Shown here: positions 59,446 through 64,000 of the stretch, piece after piece
Layout: each line of letters starts with the position of its first letter
Position numbering within the stretch: the first letter of the stretch is position 1
Source of the DNA: Bdellovibrionota bacterium
GTDB lineage: Bacteria > Bdellovibrionota_C > UBA2361 > JBGSMV01
DNA: 64,000 nucleotides
NCBI GenBank assembly: GCA_041739995.1
Contig: JBGSMV010000018.1
Coordinates: 11,165 to 75,164, forward strand
Reading direction: 5' to 3'
Notes under the pieces: generated by a model
Databases searched by the model: none
The model's input: the letters and a program-made list of their open reading frames with translations, nothing else
What the model was told of the DNA's origin: nothing
Translations under genes and position numbers: made by a program

Positions 59446-59781
59446 GGGGTTCTCTAAAAACGGATTTTTGGATTCATCTGATAATGGGGTGAAAGCCTTT
59501 CGCCCGGCACCTTAGAACCAAGATCTCATCTACTCATCGCTTCTGCAACCGGAGCACTGAGGTTGCTCTTAAGACTACGTGCCTCCTCCGTTGAGGGCCC
59601 GTGCCGGAGATTTTGACCCGAATGCCTCACCGAGATCCCGAGCCTTAAGGCTTCATTTCGCAGGCATAAACTACCCGCAGAGCCTATATGGGGAGAATCC
59701 TGCCGGGCCCCTGTGCTACGGCGCTCAGAGCTAATTACTTTAATTTGCAAGACAAACTCACCAATCACCTCCGACCAGAAC

Positions 59782-59798
59782 TTGGCGCAATGCTTGCT
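59782..59798 (+). promoter_or_regulatory. Sigma54 (-24/-12) promoter for fliK-flgD-flgE
   Basis: TTGGCGCAATGCTTGCT, exact GG-N10-GC spacing, just upstream of the fliK ATG. Confidence 0.75.
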
Positions 59799-59814
59799 CA
59801 AGATCAGATAAGCG

Positions 59815-61503
59815 ATGCTTCAAACTGAGGCATTTAACGCTTCGTTAAGAGCAACTTCTATGGCGTCAGTACGTTCCACATCCGCAGTAAATCGCAATAC
59901 AGTTCAGGGGGTTATCCCTGCTGCTGGAGTAGCGGCTGCGTTGCAGGGATCTCAGCAAAGAGGGCAAGAAACTCTTGAGGCTGAGTTTTCTCGGCTGGTG
60001 GAGCAAATTGCCGGTCAGGTTGGGCTCCCTGGTAGCGAGAGCGAGATTCTAGGCGGGTTTGCCGTCGCTCCTGTCGCGGCTCAACAGGCTTCTCGTACTT
60101 CAACATCTAAAGAACCAAAACACTCTGATAGGAATCCCTCTGACGAACGTGCATCTCGAAAGGAGATCGCCGTTAAGCAGGAGGCTCAGGAAGGGAAATA
60201 TCAGGAGTCTAAGCCAGAAATCAAAGGGGGCGCGGGTCACCAGGAGTCGAAAGTTGAGAGCGAAGGCCCTGTAGAGAAGACGGAGGATCTAGAAGTTTCC
60301 GATGCGCAGGTGGTTGATGACTCCGCAGAAATCGAAGTGACGGAAGTTAGTGCGAATGCGTCACAGCCTGTGGCGAGCTCGATTGCCGCATCTACTCTAG
60401 TCGAAACCCAGTCAGACGAGAAAACAGAACTGCCCCTTGACGAAGAAGGGAAGCCGGATAACGAGGACGCGGAAGACAATTCTGCGGAGCAAGAAGACTC
60501 TACGGTTCAAGGCGAAGGTTTCGTAACGGGGATGGGAGAGGAAGTGACCGCAGCACCTCAGGAGAAGATTGCTGCAAGAAGCGCCAACTCGCCGGTGAAA
60601 CTTGAGGAGACGGCTGCGGCAACGCCGCAGGGGTCAGCCGTTGTTAATGATTCTTCGACAGAACTTCCAGCGAACTCCTCGGAGCAGATTGTCGCCCAGA
60701 CTCTCAATGACATAGGCGCGGACCGTCAATCAAAAAGCGCGATGGACCGTCAAGCCAAGCTTGCGCTTGAGCAGATTATGCGGGCCAGTTCAGAGCGCCT
60801 TGACTCCTCGTTGCTCAATACTCCGCTCCCCAAGCCAACTTTCGACCGAGACGCATTAGTCTCCGTTCTCGCGCTTCGCCCCGTTCTAGAAATGGCCCAG
60901 AGAAATGTTGATGTTTCAAAAGTGATTAGCAGCTCGACTCCGTCACCGACTCAGTCGGTGGTATCCGAGTTGAATGCAGCAAAGACCGCTGCACGAAATA
61001 CTTCTGACACTGCGGCTCGGGCAACACGTCCGTCAGGGCGCGTGAGCTTTGAGCAAGCAATGGAGCGAGTAGAGTCGGTAGCTAAAGAAGTCGCACGTTC
61101 ACGCGATGGGCATACGCTGACTTTCCGGCTGGACCCTCCACAGCTCGGCAATCTGAAAGTCGATATAAGTCTCCGTGATGGCGCGTTGCACGCACGCCTT
61201 GTTCCAGAAAATGCGCAAGTCGCTCAGCTGCTTCGTGAGAGAGCGCAAGATCTGCAGGTTACACTGCGCAAGATGGGGCTTTCAGTGGATAGCGTTTCTG
61301 TATCAGTGAGTGGGGATTCGTCGTCGTTTGAAGCTCCTGGCGGTAATCAGTCGACCTTCTCAAGTCAGCATCAAGAAGGTGCCGGATCGAAAGAAGGTGG
61401 TTCCGGTCGTGGGCGTTCGGAGAAAGGTGGTGTGGCGAATCCTGGCGCAGCGAGCGCCAACAATGCAGCGAATGGGTCGCTGACTGATCATTGGGTAGCG
61501 TGA
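59815..61503 (+). CDS. fliK: Flagellar hook-length control protein FliK
   Basis: Long disordered region plus RLDPPQLGNLKV...L T3S4 domain; upstream of flgD. Confidence 0.92.
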   Translation: MLQTEAFNASLRATSMASVRSTSAVNRNTVQGVIPAAGVAAALQGSQQRGQETLEAEFSRLVEQIAGQVGLPGSESEILGGFAVAPVAAQQASRTSTSKEPKHSDRNPSDERASRKEIAVKQEAQEGKYQESKPEIKGGAGHQESKVESEGPVEKTEDLEVSDAQVVDDSAEIEVTEVSANASQPVASSIAASTLVETQSDEKTELPLDEEGKPDNEDAEDNSAEQEDSTVQGEGFVTGMGEEVTAAPQEKIAARSANSPVKLEETAAATPQGSAVVNDSSTELPANSSEQIVAQTLNDIGADRQSKSAMDRQAKLALEQIMRASSERLDSSLLNTPLPKPTFDRDALVSVLALRPVLEMAQRNVDVSKVISSSTPSPTQSVVSELNAAKTAARNTSDTAARATRPSGRVSFEQAMERVESVAKEVARSRDGHTLTFRLDPPQLGNLKVDISLRDGALHARLVPENAQVAQLLRERAQDLQVTLRKMGLSVDSVSVSVSGDSSSFEAPGGNQSTFSSQHQEGAGSKEGGSGRGRSEKGGVANPGAASANNAANGSLTDHWVA

Positions 61504-61510
61504 GGAAGAT

Positions 61511-62161
61511 ATGGCAGACGAAAACACAATAAATCCATTATTGGGCGGACTTCAAAGTAGCGCGGCATCCGCAGCTAAGAAGAAGGACGACAAGACCATT
61601 GGGCAAGACGAGTTCTTGACGATGCTTGTGGCTCAACTCAAGAACCAAGACCCGCTCAATCCTCTTCAGAATGAAGAGTTCGCGGTAAATCTGGCGCAAT
61701 TCAGTCAGCTTGAGCGTCTTGTTTCGATTGATCAGAAACTCGGCTCTGAGCAGGGCGATATTTCCTCCTATGCCGCGTATCTCGGTCGCGAGGTGACTTA
61801 TAGCGCCGACGTCATTGGTGTTGATGGAGGAGACGGGGGTGCTCTGAGCCTTCAGATGACGGGTGCCATGAATGACGTCCAAGTCGAGCTCATTGATGGG
61901 CTTGGAAGAGTGGTACATCGCATCGATGCGGGCGACTTAGGCTCCGGCACACAGCGGGTCGATCTCGGTGACTTGCCGCTGCCAAACGGTGAGTACGGAG
62001 TGCGGGTGACCGGAGCGCAGCAGTCTGGAGATCGCGCGGATATCAATACTTCAGCGGTTGCGATGGTGACTGGCTTTGTGCCGGGACCAACTCCAGCGTT
62101 GTTAGTGGGCAATAGGGAGATTGCCCCAGGAGATATTCAGCGGGTGACGACTGTCGCTTGA
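61511..62161 (+). CDS. flgD: Flagellar hook capping protein FlgD
   Basis: FLTMLVAQLKNQDPLNP...LAQFSQLE. Confidence 0.96.
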   Translation: MADENTINPLLGGLQSSAASAAKKKDDKTIGQDEFLTMLVAQLKNQDPLNPLQNEEFAVNLAQFSQLERLVSIDQKLGSEQGDISSYAAYLGREVTYSADVIGVDGGDGGALSLQMTGAMNDVQVELIDGLGRVVHRIDAGDLGSGTQRVDLGDLPLPNGEYGVRVTGAQQSGDRADINTSAVAMVTGFVPGPTPALLVGNREIAPGDIQRVTTVA

Positions 62162-62401
62162 TGCGACTTAGTTGCAGCGCACGGCGAGTCTCGTTCAACG
62201 GAGTGAATGAGGGACGCACAGAAAACTTGGTGAAGTACCACGAGGCCTCGGAAGGCACGTGGCGACTCGGTTGCTCCGAAGTAGGGGCGGCGGGTCAAGA
62301 TTGGGAAAGGATTCCACGTTGAAGACTGGCACATCCGGCTACCTGCGCCGGATTTGCGTGAAGCGGTTCTGCAGGGAACGAACCTTAATGGAGGTTATAC
62401 T

Positions 62402-63712
62402 GTGGCAAGTATCGTCAATGGACTCTTCGCGGGACGATCTGGAATTTCCAGTCATGGCGCAGCGATTGCTGTGTTGGGGGATAATATTGCAAACGCCAAT
62501 ACCATTGGGTTCAAGGCCGCACGTGCGGAATTTGAAGACCTTATCGCAGGTGGACAGGCTTCAGGCCGCGTAATCGGCGCCGGATCATCGGTGTCGGCGG
62601 TGAGCAGCATTTTCCAACAGGGGACTTTGGAGTTCTCTGGACGTTCGCTTGACTTGGCGATTGACGGGAACGGGTACTTCGCCGTGCTTGATCAAGGGCA
62701 GCGATTTTATACACGTGCCGGTAACTTCACGGTTAACTCCTCTGGGTTCATTGTTACTCAAGACGGTCTGACAGTGTTGGGCTTTCCTGCCAACGGCACC
62801 GGAACTCTTGAGCCGATTAACATCAATACTGTTTCTCAGGACAGTGTTTCGACTGGCCGAATAACCATTGCGGCCAATCTCGATGCACGATCCGATCCCG
62901 TCTTGGCTGCTGACATTAATGCACTGGCTGTTTCACCAGCGGGAACGACGACCTCGACCGCTACCTATGCTGATTTGAATGCTTTATCTGCGTTTAATAC
63001 TACGGTCACCGTATTTGATCGTCTTGGTGGTGCGCACGAAGTTACTAACTTCTACTTTAAGACCGGCGTGAATACCTTCAACGTGCGAGCATATGTAAAT
63101 AGCGAGGACGTGGATCCCTCCGGCAGTGCCACAGGAATTCCTCGGCAAATTGGACCGGCTGCTGGAGCGACGATTGTGTTTAATTCCGATGGAACTCGGC
63201 AGACGGCGACTCCAGCTACTGGGGATCTAATTGCCAGCGATATTCCTTGGAATAACGGCTCAGACACGACTCAGGATATCGCCTTCTATTTCAATGATCT
63301 TACTCAATATGCTTCCCCCTCAAATCCGCTTTCGATATCCCAAGATGGTAAGGGTATTGGAACAGTAGGGAGCTTGAGCATTGAGAAGAACGGCGATGTG
63401 TTTGCGTTGCTTGATAACGGGCAAGCGGCGGTTATTGGTACCATTGGCTTAGTAAACTTCTCGAATCCTGAAGGTCTGTTGCGCATCGGTAGTAACCTAC
63501 TGCAACAATCACCTGGCTCCGGTGAGCCGGTGGTAGGGCGACCTCAGAGTGGAACGTTCGGGGCGGTGCAAGCCGGTGCGATTGAGCTCTCGACCGTTGA
63601 TATTGCGAATGAGTTCGTGAAGCTTATTCAGCTTCAGCGCGGATTCCAAGCGAACTCGCGTATTATTACGACGATTAACCAGCTCCTAAGCGAAATCATC
63701 CAGCTGGTATAA
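62402..63712 (+). CDS. flgE: Flagellar hook protein FlgE
   Basis: NIANANTIGFK, DLAIDGNGYF, YTRAGNF, ELSTVDIANEF...QRGFQANSR; GGAGG RBS before GTG 62402. Confidence 0.96.
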   Translation: MASIVNGLFAGRSGISSHGAAIAVLGDNIANANTIGFKAARAEFEDLIAGGQASGRVIGAGSSVSAVSSIFQQGTLEFSGRSLDLAIDGNGYFAVLDQGQRFYTRAGNFTVNSSGFIVTQDGLTVLGFPANGTGTLEPININTVSQDSVSTGRITIAANLDARSDPVLAADINALAVSPAGTTTSTATYADLNALSAFNTTVTVFDRLGGAHEVTNFYFKTGVNTFNVRAYVNSEDVDPSGSATGIPRQIGPAAGATIVFNSDGTRQTATPATGDLIASDIPWNNGSDTTQDIAFYFNDLTQYASPSNPLSISQDGKGIGTVGSLSIEKNGDVFALLDNGQAAVIGTIGLVNFSNPEGLLRIGSNLLQQSPGSGEPVVGRPQSGTFGAVQAGAIELSTVDIANEFVKLIQLQRGFQANSRIITTINQLLSEIIQLV

Positions 63713-63822
63713 TCCGACCCCTCCTAGGCGGGCGCCCCGCCCCCTAGGAGGGCTTCACTCTAAGGTACCTCCTCCCTTTTCTTGGCTACCATGACTGCTA
63801 AGGTCTTGACCTAACGACGATT

Positions 63823-63858
63823 GGGCTCGGTGGATGTTCGCATTCACCGAGCCCTTTT
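63823..63858 (+). terminator. Intrinsic terminator downstream of flgE
   Basis: GGGCTCGGTGGATG-TTCG-CATTCACCGAGCCC-TTTT. Confidence 0.85.
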
Positions 63859-64000
63859 GGTTTAGGTAGTACCTTCTTTTTCGAGGGCTTCATCGAGTGG
63901 TGAGGTAATGACCTTTTGTATCGATCTCCTTGACTGATGAGCGCACATTCGAGCGCGAGGCATAACGGCGAATCAGCTACTTACGCTTGTTCAATCGATC

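Noticed and set aside
31339..59815. Prophage or ICE
   Set aside because: No phage structural, conjugation or intact integrase genes, and no att repeats seen
62259..62573. Small flagellar operon protein between flgD and flgE
   Set aside because: Overlaps flgE out of frame and shows no recognisable similarity

Overview
Bacterial chromosomal window. Gene content and order (cmk-rpsA, mutS-amidase-cca, argS-like/SPOR, flgBC-fliEF-fliHIJ-motE) suggest a deltaproteobacterial/Bdellovibrionota-like organism; this is inference. 1-24 kb: housekeeping and envelope genes whose spacers carry many small palindromic non-autonomous repeats, including seven copies of a ~145-bp CTAG-ended hairpin element. 24.8-31.3 kb: flagellar basal-body/export operon that lacks fliG. 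31.4-59.8 kb: a ~28-kb block between motE and fliK. It contains a Hef/FANCM-like SF2 helicase coupled to RecJ, two related orphan ECF sigma factors, an HTH protein, an apparently catalytically dead Xer-like protein, a glycosyltransferase cluster, a subtilase, PolX and secreted hypotheticals. 59.8-63.7 kb: fliK-flgD-flgE behind their own sigma54-type promoter. The most notable items are the helicase-RecJ pair, the fliG-less split flagellar operon, and several degenerate enzyme paralogs (ArgRS-like, Xer-like). No rRNA, tRNA, CRISPR array or transposase was recognised. All family calls come from reading motifs by eye; no database search was run.
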